64,000 nt of DNA from an uncultured Aliarcobacter sp. (lineage in GTDB: Bacteria; Campylobacterota; Campylobacteria; Campylobacterales; Arcobacteraceae). The notes under the pieces were generated by a model that worked only from the letters and a program-made list of their open reading frames with translations, was not told the DNA's origin and did no database searches. The stretch is from NCBI GenBank assembly GCA_963664305.2, contig CAXXLV010000002.1:1216001-1280000 (forward strand), read 5' to 3'. Positions 22,092 through 33,343 of this stretch are shown here, piece by piece. Positions within the stretch are counted from its first letter, which is position 1. Each line of letters opens with the position of its first letter. The translations under genes were made by a program, and so were the position numbers.

Positions 22092-24236
22092 ATGGATCAA
22101 TTTTTCAAAGAAATTCAACATATAAACAATGTTGATGATGCTATTAACAAATTAAAAACTCAAATTGACATTTCTCCAAAATTATATGAAATTATAAATT
22201 TTATTATTGAGGCCCATGAAGGTCAATTTAGAAAAAGTGGTGAGCCTTATTGTGTTCATCCAATCTTAGTTGCTTGTATAACTGCAAGTTTTTCAAAAGA
22301 TGAAGCTGTTATTGCTACAGCTTTACTTCATGATGTAGTTGAAGATACTCCTTATAACTTAGAATATGTAAAAGAGACTTGGGGCAGTGATATTGCTCAT
22401 ATGGTTGATGGACTAACAAAAATTGTAGAAATAAGAGAACACGAATTTGTAACTTCAAAAGATGCAAGTGATTCTAAAATTATTTCATCAGCTTTAACTT
22501 TTAGAAAAATGCTTATAGCATCAATTGATGATGTTAGAGTTTTAGTTGTAAAACTTTGTGACAGACTTCACAATATGCTTACACTTTCTGTATTGCCAGC
22601 AAATAAACAAAAAAGAATTGCAGAAGAAACTTTAGTTGTTTATGTTCCTATTGCAAATAGATTAGGTATTTCTACACTAAAAAATACTCTTGAAGATTTA
22701 GCATTTTTTTATATTTATCCAAATGAATACAAAAAGATTGATGCATTTTTAAAAGAGCATGAACACTCAATGCAATTAAGCTTTAATAATTTTATTACAA
22801 CTACAAAAACATTATTAGAAAAAAATGATTTTGATTTAAACAAAATTAAAATTTATTCAAGAATCAAACATCATTATTCTATTTATTTAAAAATGCAAAG
22901 AAAAGGAATTTCAATTGATGAAGTTTTAGATTTATTTGCAATTAGAATTTTAGTTGAAAACGATATAGATTGTTATAAAGTTTTAGGTTTTATTCATTTA
23001 GAATACAAACCTTTAATTTCTAGATTTAAAGATTATGTTGCAACTCCAAAAGAAAATGGTTATCAAACTATTCATACAACAGTATTTTACAACTCAAAAA
23101 TTTATGAAATTCAAATTCGTTCATTTGAAATGAATAAAATTGCTGAGTATGGAATTGCTGCCCATTGGATGTATAAAACTGGAGCAAAAAATACAACAAA
23201 TCTTAATTGGTTAAAATCATTAGAGTTCTCAAATGAAAATATTGAGGAATTTTATCAAGAAACAAAAGCTGATTTATATAGTGAAGAAATAATAGTTTAT
23301 TCACCAAAAGGTGAAGTATTCACTCTACCTGTTGGTTCAACTGCATATGATTTTGCTTTTGCAGTACATACAAATATAGGTAAACGTGCTGTTGCTTGTT
23401 ATATCAATAAAATTAAAAAACCTCTTTTAACTGTTTTAAAAAGTACAGATATTGTATCAATTGAAATTGGTGATGATACTGTTGTTCGATGTTCATGGAT
23501 TGAAATGGTAAAAACATCACGTGCAAAAAAACAAATAAAACTTTTATGTACGCATAGACAAAAAGAGATTGATGAACTTTCAGGAAAAAATATTATAAAT
23601 ACTATATTTTCAAGATATTATGAAGATATCACAAAAATTTATCCTATTGAATCATTATTTAAAATACCTCAAATATTAGATTTTTTAAAACACACAAAAT
23701 TAACAATTGAGAAAAATATAATAAGAGACAAGGGTTTAATGACAAGATTTAAAATTCTTACTAGTAAAATTAAAGAATTTAAATTTGATAACATCCTAAT
23801 ATATTCAAATTTTAGTATAAGTTCTGTATCATTTGACCATTGCTGTCATCCTAAATTTGGTGATGATATTGTTGCATTTAAAAATGGAAGTGAAGCAATA
23901 ATTCATCATAAAATGTGTGATAAAGCCTACAGTAAAATTAAAAACAATCAAGAAATGCTTTTTTGTAAATGGACTCAAAATAGTGTTTATCAATATAAAA
24001 TGGTAATAAGTATTCCAAATACTAGAGGTGAGTTAGCAAAAGTTCTAACATATCTAGCACAATATGAGTTTTATATTTTGGGTGTTGATTTCGGAAGACA
24101 AAAACATTCTTATATTCAATATTGTGATATTGAATTTGAAACAAATAAAGCTAATATTGATGAAGTAAGAAAAATTGTAGAGAAAAAAGTAAAGGTTATT
24201 GAATTTTTTTCAAAAAAAGATGCTTATAACAAATAA
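22092..24236 (+). CDS. spoT: Bifunctional (p)ppGpp synthetase/hydrolase
   Basis: RKSGEPY, LLHDVVED, PKENGYQTIHT, TGS and ACT domains. Confidence 0.95.
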   Translation: MDQFFKEIQHINNVDDAINKLKTQIDISPKLYEIINFIIEAHEGQFRKSGEPYCVHPILVACITASFSKDEAVIATALLHDVVEDTPYNLEYVKETWGSDIAHMVDGLTKIVEIREHEFVTSKDASDSKIISSALTFRKMLIASIDDVRVLVVKLCDRLHNMLTLSVLPANKQKRIAEETLVVYVPIANRLGISTLKNTLEDLAFFYIYPNEYKKIDAFLKEHEHSMQLSFNNFITTTKTLLEKNDFDLNKIKIYSRIKHHYSIYLKMQRKGISIDEVLDLFAIRILVENDIDCYKVLGFIHLEYKPLISRFKDYVATPKENGYQTIHTTVFYNSKIYEIQIRSFEMNKIAEYGIAAHWMYKTGAKNTTNLNWLKSLEFSNENIEEFYQETKADLYSEEIIVYSPKGEVFTLPVGSTAYDFAFAVHTNIGKRAVACYINKIKKPLLTVLKSTDIVSIEIGDDTVVRCSWIEMVKTSRAKKQIKLLCTHRQKEIDELSGKNIINTIFSRYYEDITKIYPIESLFKIPQILDFLKHTKLTIEKNIIRDKGLMTRFKILTSKIKEFKFDNILIYSNFSISSVSFDHCCHPKFGDDIVAFKNGSEAIIHHKMCDKAYSKIKNNQEMLFCKWTQNSVYQYKMVISIPNTRGELAKVLTYLAQYEFYILGVDFGRQKHSYIQYCDIEFETNKANIDEVRKIVEKKVKVIEFFSKKDAYNK

Positions 24237-24255
24237 TTAAAGGGTTAAAAAATTA

Positions 24256-25464
24256 ATGGAAAATAGAGTTCAAGAAGCGTTAAATGAAATAAAAAGAGGA
24301 ATTGCTGAAATTATTGATATTGAAGCAATTGAAAAATTAATAAGAAAATATTTTGAAACTGGTGAGAATTTTTTTGTAAAAGCAGGTTTTGATCCAACAG
24401 CTCCTGATTTACATTTAGGACATACTGTATTAATCCAAAAACTTGCAACTTTCCAAAAATTTGGAGGAATAGTACAATTTTTAATTGGAGATTTTACAGC
24501 AACAATTGGGGACCCAACTGGAAAAAGTGAAACTAGAAAAGTTTTAAGTAGTGAACAAGTTCTAAAAAATGCTGAAACATATAAAGAGCAAGTATTTAAG
24601 ATTTTAGAAGCAGAAAAAACACAAGTTATGTTTAATAGTACTTGGTTAAAAGAGTTAGGAACAGGTGGATTAATTGCACTTGCTTCAAATTTAACAGTTG
24701 CAAGAATGTTAGAGCGTGATGATTTTTCAAAAAGATATGCATCAAATACTCCAATTGCTGTAAGTGAATTTATGTATCCCCTACTTCAGGGTTATGATTC
24801 GGTTGCAATGAATACTGATATTGAGCTTGGTGGAACAGACCAAAAATTCAATCTTTTAATGGGAAGAACTCTACAAAAAGCTTATAATTGTAAAAAACAA
24901 CAAGCTGTTTTAATGATGCCAATCCTTGAAGGTCTTGATGGTGTTCAAAAAATGTCAAAATCATTAGGTAACTATATTGGTGTTACTGATGAACCATTTG
25001 ATATGTTTGGAAAAGTTCTTTCAATCTCAGATGAGTTAATGTGGAGATATTATGAATTATTATCAGCTAAATCATTAGTTGAAATTAATGCTTTAAAAGA
25101 AGGTGTTAATGATGGTTCTAAACATCCTAAAAAAGTAAAAGAAGAATTAGCAATGGAAATTGTTGATAGATTCCATGGTGCAGGTTTTGGAGAAAAAGCA
25201 AAAGAAGAATTTGAAAAAGTTTTTGCAAAAAAAGATATTCCAACAGATATGCCTGAATTTACATTTGAGGCCCCAGCTTGGATTTGTCAAGCATTAGTTG
25301 ATTCTAAATTAGTTGATTCAACTTCTCAAGCAAGAAGAGATATAAAAGCAAATGCAGTATCAATAAATCAAGAAAAAATAAGTGATGATAAGTTAAATTT
25401 AGAAAAAGGTGAATACATTTTACAAAAAGGTAAAAAAAGTTTCGCTAAGATAGTAATAAAATAG
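24256..25464 (+). CDS. tyrS: Tyrosine--tRNA ligase
   Basis: [19 protein letters not shown]-terminal S4 domain. Confidence 0.97.
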   Translation: MENRVQEALNEIKRGIAEIIDIEAIEKLIRKYFETGENFFVKAGFDPTAPDLHLGHTVLIQKLATFQKFGGIVQFLIGDFTATIGDPTGKSETRKVLSSEQVLKNAETYKEQVFKILEAEKTQVMFNSTWLKELGTGGLIALASNLTVARMLERDDFSKRYASNTPIAVSEFMYPLLQGYDSVAMNTDIELGGTDQKFNLLMGRTLQKAYNCKKQQAVLMMPILEGLDGVQKMSKSLGNYIGVTDEPFDMFGKVLSISDELMWRYYELLSAKSLVEINALKEGVNDGSKHPKKVKEELAMEIVDRFHGAGFGEKAKEEFEKVFAKKDIPTDMPEFTFEAPAWICQALVDSKLVDSTSQARRDIKANAVSINQEKISDDKLNLEKGEYILQKGKKSFAKIVIK

Positions 25465-25475
25465 AAAGGCTAATT

Positions 25476-26555
25476 TTGAAAATAGGAAAGTATGAAATAA
25501 AGCATCCAATTATCCAAGGTGGAATGGGTGTAGGTATTAGTTGGGATCAATTAGCTGGAAACGTAAGTTTAGAGGGTGGTCTTGGTGTAATTTCTGGTGT
25601 TGGAACTGGTTATTATAAAAACTTAAGTGAAAATGTTCACATCATTACAAAAAAAGATAAACCAAAAGATGTTGTGAATTTTTATTGTAAAGATGCTTTA
25701 AAAGAAATATTTGCAAATGCAAGAAAAATTTGTGGTGATGCACCACTTGCTTGTAATGTTTTATATGCAATTAATGATTATGGAAGAGTAGTTCATGATG
25801 CTTGTGAAGCAGGAGCAAATATTATAATTACAGGTGCAGGTATTCCTACAAATATGCCTGAATTTACAAAAGATTTTCCAGATGTTGCATTAGTTCCTAT
25901 TGTTTCAAGTGCAAGAGCTTTAAAATTAATTTGTAAAAAATGGCAAAGATACAACAAAATTCCTGATGCTGTAATTGTAGAAGGTCCTTTAAGTGGTGGA
26001 CACCAAGGATTTAAATATGAAGATTGTTACAAAGAAGAGTTCCAATTAGAAAACATTGTTCCTCCTGTTATTGAAGAAGCAAAAAACTGGGGAAATATTC
26101 CAATTATTGCAGCTGGTGGAATTTGGGATAAAAAAGATATTGATAAATTTTTAGCAATGGGTTGTGTTGGTGTGCAAATGGCAACAAGATTCATTGGTAC
26201 ATTTGAATGTGATGCTGATAATAAATTTAAAGATGTTCTTTTAAATGCAAAAGAAGAAGATATTCAATTAATGAAATCTCCAGTTGGACTTCCAGCACGT
26301 GGTGTTAGAACAAATTTACAATTCTCAATTGAAAATCACACAGCACCAAAGGTTCAATGTATTTCAAATTGTGTAGCACCATGTAATAGAGGACATGAAG
26401 CTAAATTGGTTGGTTATTGTATTGCAGATAGATTAGGTGCAGCATATAAAGGTGATGTTGAAACTGGTTTATTTTTCTCTGGTTCAAATGGTTATAAAAT
26501 TGATAAAATCATCTCAGTTAAAGAATTAATGCAAAAATTAACAGTTGGAGAATAG
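25476..26555 (+). CDS. Nitronate monooxygenase/FabK-like flavoprotein
   Basis: PIIQGGMGVG, EGPLSGGH, AAGGI, QMATRF. Confidence 0.88.
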   Translation: MKIGKYEIKHPIIQGGMGVGISWDQLAGNVSLEGGLGVISGVGTGYYKNLSENVHIITKKDKPKDVVNFYCKDALKEIFANARKICGDAPLACNVLYAINDYGRVVHDACEAGANIIITGAGIPTNMPEFTKDFPDVALVPIVSSARALKLICKKWQRYNKIPDAVIVEGPLSGGHQGFKYEDCYKEEFQLENIVPPVIEEAKNWGNIPIIAAGGIWDKKDIDKFLAMGCVGVQMATRFIGTFECDADNKFKDVLLNAKEEDIQLMKSPVGLPARGVRTNLQFSIENHTAPKVQCISNCVAPCNRGHEAKLVGYCIADRLGAAYKGDVETGLFFSGSNGYKIDKIISVKELMQKLTVGE

Positions 26556-26557
26556 AA

Positions 26558-28327
26558 ATTTTTAAAAACTTTTTTATTCTAATTTTTTCATTTAATATAT
26601 TATTTGCAAATGCTAGTTTTGATGCTTTAGAACAGCAATACAGATCTGCAAAAATAGAATTTTTAAAAGCTGCTCTCAAAAAAGATGAGCAGCTAAAAAT
26701 TGATGAACTAAAAAAAGTAATAGAATTAGGTGAAAAATTAAATAAAGATACGAGACCTGACAAAAAGAAACTAGAAATACTTTTATCAAAACAAGATAAT
26801 AGTGTAAAATCAACAAATACAACTACTTCAATAAAAACTACTGAAAATAAAGAAGTAGAAAAAAATAATTCATCATCAAATATTCTTTATTCAATACAAT
26901 CTGTTTCAACATCAAGTAATACAATTATTATAGATTTTAATGTTGATGTTAGTAAAGATGATATTAAATTTTTTAGACTAAATCAAGCATCAGTATATAA
27001 AAGTATAATTGATATAAATGGTTATTTTAAAGATGCTATTCCTACAAAATTATCAATAAATGGAGTTGATAATATAACGTTAGGACAATTCAAACCGAAT
27101 GTTCTTAGAATTGTTTTATCTGATTCTAAAAAATTAGATTTTTCGTATAGTATGACTAAAAGACAAATCATAGTTAAAATCAATAATATTGCTCCAATTA
27201 TAGAGAAAAAAGAACCTGTAATAAATAAAGAAGTAGAAAAAATAGTAACTCCACCTACTGAAAAAAATGAAGAACCTTCAAATAATGAATATATTGATTC
27301 AGAAAACCCAATCAGGTCAATTTCAAGTGAAGATAATAAAATTGTTGTTAAATTCAATAAAGATTATTTTAAAGGTAATGTTAAATTCAGAACTTTAAAA
27401 CAAAATGGGAATTATGAAAATATTTTTGATATTACAGGAAAATATAAATATATTGATCCAACAAAACTTGAAATTGATGGAATTGATAAAATTATCACAA
27501 CATCAAATAGCAATAAATCTGTAAGAATAAGATTAATCAATAAATCTAATACAAAAGTAAATTACACTTTAAATAAAAGAGAATTAATCATTTCGACTAA
27601 TTCTGTAAAAAACAATGTAAACAATAATATTCCACCAAAAACTATTGATAAAACAATTGTTATTGATGCAGGACATGGTGCAGATGATGTTGGTGCAGTA
27701 GGTCCAAATAAAAGATATGAAAAAGTTATAAATCTAAATGTAGCAAAATATTTATACTCTATTTTGAAACAAAGAGGTTATACAAAAGTATATCTAACAA
27801 GAAATAATGATACTTTCATAAAAGTTATGGACAGAACTATTTTAGCAAATGAAAAAAATGCAGATATATTTATTTCTATTCATACAAATGCTGTTCCAAA
27901 AGAAAAAGCAAATGTAACAACTGGTATTGAAACATTTTTCTTAAGTCCAGCAAGAAGTGAAAGAGCAAAAAGAGTTGCTGCACTTGAAAATAAATCAGAT
28001 ATTAGAGAGATGAATGAATCAACAAAAGATACATTCTTAGAATCATTAAATAGACCAAGAATAACTGCTTCACATAAATTAGCAATTGATGTTCAAGCAG
28101 GTATTTTACAATCTGCTAGAACAAAATATAAAGATATAAATGACTCTGGTGTAAGAGAAGGTCCATTTTGGGTTTTAGTTGGAGCACAAATGCCTTCTAT
28201 TTTAGTTGAGCTTGGATATGTTTCTCATCCAGAAGAAAGTAGAAGATTATACGATAAGAACTATCAACAACTATTAGCAAATGGTATTGCTAATGGTGTA
28301 GATTCTTACTTTTTAAAAAATCCTTAA
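26558..28327 (+). CDS. amiA: N-acetylmuramoyl-L-alanine amidase (Amidase_3); frame extended upstream of ORF-track start to a probable ATT start
   Basis: IDAGHG, SIHTNA, ILVELGY; frame open from stop at 26519-21 through a signal peptide (IFKNFFILIFSFNILFA); GGAG at 26547-50. Confidence 0.85.
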   Translation: MFKNFFILIFSFNILFANASFDALEQQYRSAKIEFLKAALKKDEQLKIDELKKVIELGEKLNKDTRPDKKKLEILLSKQDNSVKSTNTTTSIKTTENKEVEKNNSSSNILYSIQSVSTSSNTIIIDFNVDVSKDDIKFFRLNQASVYKSIIDINGYFKDAIPTKLSINGVDNITLGQFKPNVLRIVLSDSKKLDFSYSMTKRQIIVKINNIAPIIEKKEPVINKEVEKIVTPPTEKNEEPSNNEYIDSENPIRSISSEDNKIVVKFNKDYFKGNVKFRTLKQNGNYENIFDITGKYKYIDPTKLEIDGIDKIITTSNSNKSVRIRLINKSNTKVNYTLNKRELIISTNSVKNNVNNNIPPKTIDKTIVIDAGHGADDVGAVGPNKRYEKVINLNVAKYLYSILKQRGYTKVYLTRNNDTFIKVMDRTILANEKNADIFISIHTNAVPKEKANVTTGIETFFLSPARSERAKRVAALENKSDIREMNESTKDTFLESLNRPRITASHKLAIDVQAGILQSARTKYKDINDSGVREGPFWVLVGAQMPSILVELGYVSHPEESRRLYDKNYQQLLANGIANGVDSYFLKNP

Positions 28328-28736
28328 TATCATTTATTAAGTCTAGTTGTTTATTCTTAATTCTTGGAAGATTATCTAAAGAAAAAAACTTAACTTTAGA
28401 ATTTTCCCAAGATAAGTAATTATTTTTTAAAGTATCATTTGTAAAATATTTATCTAAGTCTTCAATATTTTTACTATTTACTAACCAAATACCAATATCT
28501 TTATCAATGTTTATTTGCTCAAAATAGTCTTCAAATAAAGCAATATCAACATTAATTGAACTCTCTTCTAAAAACTCTCTTTTAGCACATTCATATGCCG
28601 TTTCATTTTTATTTTTTGTTCCTTTTAAACAACCCCATTTATCTTTACTTGCAACTGAACGACAAAGAAGTATTTTTATAACATCATCTTTTACAGTATA
28701 CGGCACTAAGCCATAAGCTTTTACATGAGCTTTCAT
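28290..28736 (-). CDS. NUDIX hydrolase
   Basis: G..N.NETAYECAKREFLEESS Nudix box. Confidence 0.8.
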   Translation of the reverse strand: MKAHVKAYGLVPYTVKDDVIKILLCRSVASKDKWGCLKGTKNKNETAYECAKREFLEESSINVDIALFEDYFEQINIDKDIGIWLVNSKNIEDLDKYFTNDTLKNNYLSWENSKVKFFSLDNLPRIKNKQLDLINDIKDFLKSKNLHH

Positions 28737-28754
28737 TATTTTTTTAAGCCTTTA

Positions 28755-29822
28755 TTATGAATTTATTTTTTTATTATAGATATAAGTAGAAAGTATTAAC
28801 CAAATTAACATTGGAAAAAGTAAAGATAATTCAGGAATTATATTACCTGAACTTGTTAATTTAAATAACATAAAGAAAAATCCCCATACTATCAATGTTC
28901 CAAAAATTGAAAGAGATGTGAATTTACCTAAATTAAAAAATCTACTATTTAAAGAAGAGTATGCATAAACTAAAAGTATCATAGGCAATACAAAAAATGG
29001 AATTATGATTTGATTATAAATCACTCCTCTAATTTTTTGAGTATTAATTCCTTGTTCTTTTAATAAAATTAATGCAGATATTGCATCAAAAATAGAAAAA
29101 TCAGTTTTACTTTCATAAACATTATCCAGAATTTTAGGTTTAAATCCATCAAGTGTATGTAAAAACTTTTCATATCTGATATCTAATTTTGAATCATCCA
29201 CATTTATATTTTCAGGTTTATTTATGATTTTTACATCAACAACATACCATTTATTATTTTGGAAATATGCTTTATCTCCAATAATAGTTTCAACAACATC
29301 ACTATTATTAACTTTAAAAATATGTATATTTTCAGCTTTTTTTTCTAATGGTAATAACTTTTTAAAATATACGTAATAATCATTATATTTTAAAAAAATA
29401 TCACTTTTTGTACTTGTAAAATATTCATTATTTAAAATTTTTCTTTTTTGATCATAAGAATAAGCTAATGGAGTCATTTGCAATGCGATTAAAGAAAACA
29501 ATAAAAAAGTTGAGATAAAAACCACTGGCATAAATATCTCTTTTCTTGTTGCACCAAGAGCATTAAAGGCAACAAATTCATTGTTTCTAATAAAAACTAC
29601 TAGAGTAATTACCCACCCAAAAACTATTGATAATGGTAATGCAAGAGTTAATGTAAAAAAACTATTATATAAAACATAAAGTAACTGTAAGTTTGCAGAA
29701 GAAGGTATGTTTTTAAAGTTTTGTAAATAATCAATTCCAACAAAAAATAGTTCTAATGAAATTAAAACAATGAAAAAATTAATTATATATTTTTTTAAAA
29801 TAAATCTTGTTAGTATGCTCAT
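28755..29822 (-). CDS. LptF/LptG family LPS export permease
   Basis: 3+3 TM layout, NEFVAFNALG motif. Confidence 0.87.
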   Translation of the reverse strand: MSILTRFILKKYIINFFIVLISLELFFVGIDYLQNFKNIPSSANLQLLYVLYNSFFTLTLALPLSIVFGWVITLVVFIRNNEFVAFNALGATRKEIFMPVVFISTFLLFSLIALQMTPLAYSYDQKRKILNNEYFTSTKSDIFLKYNDYYVYFKKLLPLEKKAENIHIFKVNNSDVVETIIGDKAYFQNNKWYVVDVKIINKPENINVDDSKLDIRYEKFLHTLDGFKPKILDNVYESKTDFSIFDAISALILLKEQGINTQKIRGVIYNQIIIPFFVLPMILLVYAYSSLNSRFFNLGKFTSLSIFGTLIVWGFFFMLFKLTSSGNIIPELSLLFPMLIWLILSTYIYNKKINS

Positions 29823-29824
29823 AT

Positions 29825-30376
29825 CTACTTCAATGAAAATTTTGATTTAACTAAATCGATTTCTTCAGTTTTAAGTGCTTCAATCGCTTTTATAGTGTGA
29901 GGTATTATATCTTGCAATTTATTTAACTCTTCTTTTGAAAAGTTACTTAATACATAATTTGCAACATCATTTTTATCAGCTGGTTTTCCTATTCCAATTC
30001 TAACTCTAATATACTCTTTTCCAATGTGTGAATCTAAAGATCTAAGTCCATTGTGTCCACCATGACCACCACCAATTTTAAACTTAACTGTGCCAAATGG
30101 TAAATCTAAATCATCATGAATTACTATGATATTTTCAATATCAATTTTGTAATACTCTTTTATTGCATGAACTGCAACTCCAGAATTATTCATATATGTT
30201 GTTGGTTTTGAAAAAAGATTGTAACCTGATTTTAATAAAGTTGATTGAAAGTTTGGATTGTTTACATTTGAAGTTGATAGGTTTTTAGTCATCTCATCGA
30301 TAACTAAAAAACCTACATTATGTCTTGTTAATTGATATTTTTCACCAATGTTACCAAGACCTACTATTAAATACAT
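29825..30376 (-). CDS. pth: Peptidyl-tRNA hydrolase
   Basis: GLGN, TRHNVGF, HDDLDL, GHNGL. Confidence 0.97.
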   Translation of the reverse strand: MYLIVGLGNIGEKYQLTRHNVGFLVIDEMTKNLSTSNVNNPNFQSTLLKSGYNLFSKPTTYMNNSGVAVHAIKEYYKIDIENIIVIHDDLDLPFGTVKFKIGGGHGGHNGLRSLDSHIGKEYIRVRIGIGKPADKNDVANYVLSNFSKEELNKLQDIIPHTIKAIEALKTEEIDLVKSKFSLK

Positions 30377-30385
30377 AAATATTAA

Positions 30386-30922
30386 TTATTTAGCTTTAAT
30401 TACACCAACAACTGGTACTCTTGGATCTAAGAAACACTCTAAAGTTTCAGGTAAAGTTAAATCTCTAATTAAGATATTATCACCTGTATCTAAATTTGTT
30501 ACATCTAAAGTAATGTTATTTGGTAAGTTTTCAAGTGTACATTTTACAGGTACTCTTTTAGTATGAACCATTAAAAGACCTTTATTTTTAAGACCTTTAG
30601 CAATTCCTGTTGTTTTAACTGGAATTTTATATGAAGTTTTAACACCTGGTTGTGCAACCATTAAATCAACGTGTAATAACTCAGAAGTTAATGGACATTT
30701 TTGATATTCTTGAACTACAACTTTTACGATGTTTCCAGAAAGATTTACATCAAATGCTAATGTTTCTTTATTTCTTAAAAATTTAATGAATTCATTTTTT
30801 TTGAATGCCGCTGAAATGTTTTCTAAACCTTTACCGTAGATATTTGCAATTAAATATCCTTCTCTTCTTAAAGTTTTAGTAGCTTGTTTTGTCATACTAT
30901 CTCTAATGATACCCTCTAACAT
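30386..30922 (-). CDS. rplY: 50S ribosomal protein L25/Ctc
   Basis: LRREG..ANIYG, HVDL; adjacent to pth. Confidence 0.93.
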   Translation of the reverse strand: MLEGIIRDSMTKQATKTLRREGYLIANIYGKGLENISAAFKKNEFIKFLRNKETLAFDVNLSGNIVKVVVQEYQKCPLTSELLHVDLMVAQPGVKTSYKIPVKTTGIAKGLKNKGLLMVHTKRVPVKCTLENLPNNITLDVTNLDTGDNILIRDLTLPETLECFLDPRVPVVGVIKAK

Positions 30923-31081
30923 AACGATCCTTTGTGTTTAATTTTAATTTGAGTCGGGATTATATTCAAAGCTAACTAAATATTAGTTTAAGTTTTTATT
31001 AAAAATTTATTTAACTTTTATTAATAGAATTTTAGATAACATAATTGCCTCAATTAAAACAAATATATAAGGTTAAATCCA

Positions 31082-31942
31082 ATGATATTATTAGATGGAA
31101 AAGCATTATCTGAAAAAATCAAAGAAGAAGTTAAAGTTGAAGTTGCTCAACTTGTAGAAGAAAAACAAATAACTCCAGGACTTGCAGTAATTTTAGTTGG
31201 AAATGATCCAGCAAGTGCAACATACGTAGCGAGTAAAGCTAAATCTTGTAAAAATGCAGGAATTTACTCTGTTGTTCATGAAATGCCTGAAACAATTACT
31301 CAAGAAGAGTTACTTGAAACAATTGCAAGAATGAATGAAAATCCAAAATTAGATGGTATTTTAGTTCAATTACCACTTCCTAAACATATTGATACAACTA
31401 TTGTTCTTGAAGCAATTAATCCTTTAAAAGATGTTGATGGTTTCCATCCATACAACGTAGGAAGAATGGTTTCAAATCTTGATGCATTTTTACCAGCAAC
31501 TCCTTTTGGTGTTATGAGAATGTTTGAAGAGTATGGAATAGAATTAAGTGGAAAAAATGTTGTGGTTATTGGAAGTTCTGATATTGTTGGAAAACCAATG
31601 GCTTCACTTTTAATCAATGCAAAAGCTACAGTTACAGTTTGTAATAGTAGAACAAAAGATTTAAAAGCTCATACACTTGCAGCTGATATAGTTGTAATTG
31701 CTGTTGGTGTTCCATATTTATTAAAAGAAGATATGGTTAAAGATGGTGCAATTGTAATTGATGTTGGAATCAATAGACTTGATACAGGAAAACTTGTAGG
31801 TGATGCAGATTTCGAAGGTTTAAAAAACAAATGTTCACACTTAACTCCTGTTCCAGGTGGTGTTGGACCTATGACTATTGCAATGCTTCTAAAAAATACA
31901 ATTAAAGCTGCAATGTTAAGAGAAAAAAGAGAAGCTAAATAA
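31082..31942 (+). CDS. folD: Methylene-THF dehydrogenase/cyclohydrolase
   Basis: GILVQLPLP, KDVDGF, TPVPGGVGPMT. Confidence 0.97.
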   Translation: MILLDGKALSEKIKEEVKVEVAQLVEEKQITPGLAVILVGNDPASATYVASKAKSCKNAGIYSVVHEMPETITQEELLETIARMNENPKLDGILVQLPLPKHIDTTIVLEAINPLKDVDGFHPYNVGRMVSNLDAFLPATPFGVMRMFEEYGIELSGKNVVVIGSSDIVGKPMASLLINAKATVTVCNSRTKDLKAHTLAADIVVIAVGVPYLLKEDMVKDGAIVIDVGINRLDTGKLVGDADFEGLKNKCSHLTPVPGGVGPMTIAMLLKNTIKAAMLREKREAK

Positions 31943-32728
31943 ATGATTAAAAAAATATATAACTGGTCTTCTTCTTGGACTGGAACTGTAGTAATTGTTC
32001 TTACAATTATATTCTTTATTGCTCAAGCATTTGTAATTCCAAGTGGAAGTATGAAAAATACTCTATTAATTGGAGATATGTTATTTGTAAAAAAATTTGC
32101 ATATGGAATTCCAACTCCAAGAATCCCATGGCTTGAAATAAAAGTTTTACCTGATTTTAATGGAAATGGCCATCTTATTGAAGGTGATAGACCAAAACGT
32201 GGTGATATTGTAGTTTTTAGATATCCTAAAAATGAAACTATTCACTATGTAAAAAGAGCTGTTGCAACGGGTGGAGATATGATTGCAATAAAAGATAAAC
32301 ATCTTTTATTACATCCAAAAGAAGGAAATGAGTTTGTAAAAGCAAACTATCCAAAAGAAAATATTATTGAAGTTGAAGATAAACTTTGGGTAGTTGATCC
32401 ATATAGAAAAGATCATCCAGGAATTCACAATGACCCAACTGTTGTTGATAATGGATTAAATCCAAGTGAATTATTTAATATGATGCCAATTATAGTTCCA
32501 GAAGATGAAACATTTATGATGGGTGATAATAGAGATCATTCAAATGATTCAAGATTTTGGGGAACAGTACCATATAAAGATATCGTAGGAACACCTTGGT
32601 TTGTATATTTTTCATGGGATGAAAATAAAGAAATCAGATGGGATAGAGTTTTGAAAAGCGTAAAATCTATTGAAGAAAATATGGATAAAGAAAATATTGA
32701 AATTAACCATGAAAAAGGAATCTATTAA
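31943..32728 (+). CDS. lepB: Signal peptidase I
   Basis: IPSGSM, YVKR, GDNRDHSNDSR. Confidence 0.95.
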   Translation: MIKKIYNWSSSWTGTVVIVLTIIFFIAQAFVIPSGSMKNTLLIGDMLFVKKFAYGIPTPRIPWLEIKVLPDFNGNGHLIEGDRPKRGDIVVFRYPKNETIHYVKRAVATGGDMIAIKDKHLLLHPKEGNEFVKANYPKENIIEVEDKLWVVDPYRKDHPGIHNDPTVVDNGLNPSELFNMMPIIVPEDETFMMGDNRDHSNDSRFWGTVPYKDIVGTPWFVYFSWDENKEIRWDRVLKSVKSIEENMDKENIEINHEKGIY

Positions 32729-32729
32729 G

Positions 32730-33185
32730 ATGAAATATTATATTGCAGCAGACCATGCAGGAATTGACATAAAATCTTATGTAAAAGAACTTTTTGAAGA
32801 AAGAGGTCATCAAGTTGAAGATTTAGGACCTTTTAGCAAAGATAGAGTTGATTACCCTGATTATGCTTCTAAAGTTTGTAAAAAAGTTCTTGAGAATGAA
32901 GGAACAATGGGAATATTAATTTGTGGTTCAGGACTTGGAATGAGTATGGCAGCAAATAAATTTGATGGAATTAGAGCAGCTCTTTGTCACAATGAATATA
33001 GTGCAAGAATGGCAAGAAAACATAATGATGCTAATGTTATTTGTTTAGGAGAGAGAGTTTCTGGTCATGGAATGATTGAAGCTATTGTTAAAGCATGGGA
33101 TAAAGCTGAATTTGAAGGTGGAAGACATGCAGGACGTGTTGAGAAAATCAATGCTTTAGGAAAAATGGGAAGTTGTAGAGTATAA
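32730..33185 (+). CDS. rpiB: Ribose 5-phosphate isomerase B (start moved to ATG 32730)
   Basis: ADHAG, DYPD, CGSGLG, HNDAN, FEGGRH. Confidence 0.95.
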   Translation: MKYYIAADHAGIDIKSYVKELFEERGHQVEDLGPFSKDRVDYPDYASKVCKKVLENEGTMGILICGSGLGMSMAANKFDGIRAALCHNEYSARMARKHNDANVICLGERVSGHGMIEAIVKAWDKAEFEGGRHAGRVEKINALGKMGSCRV

Positions 33186-33343
33186 ATATACTCTGCAATT
33201 CTATTAAAATAATTTAAATTAACTTTTAAAAAATTATATCTTCAAATCTCTACTTTTAATCTAAAATCTTATCAATTTATTTTCCTAAGTACCTATTTAT
33301 CAATATTATGAGATAATCAAATCAAAATGAAAAGGCATATTTT

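Noticed and set aside
28290..28327. 38-bp convergent overlap of amiA and the NUDIX gene
   Set aside because: Short tail overlaps are common in compact genomes
33301..33330. Possible Fur box upstream of the 34-aa ORF (GATAATCAAATC)
   Set aside because: Only one good half-site in very AT-rich DNA
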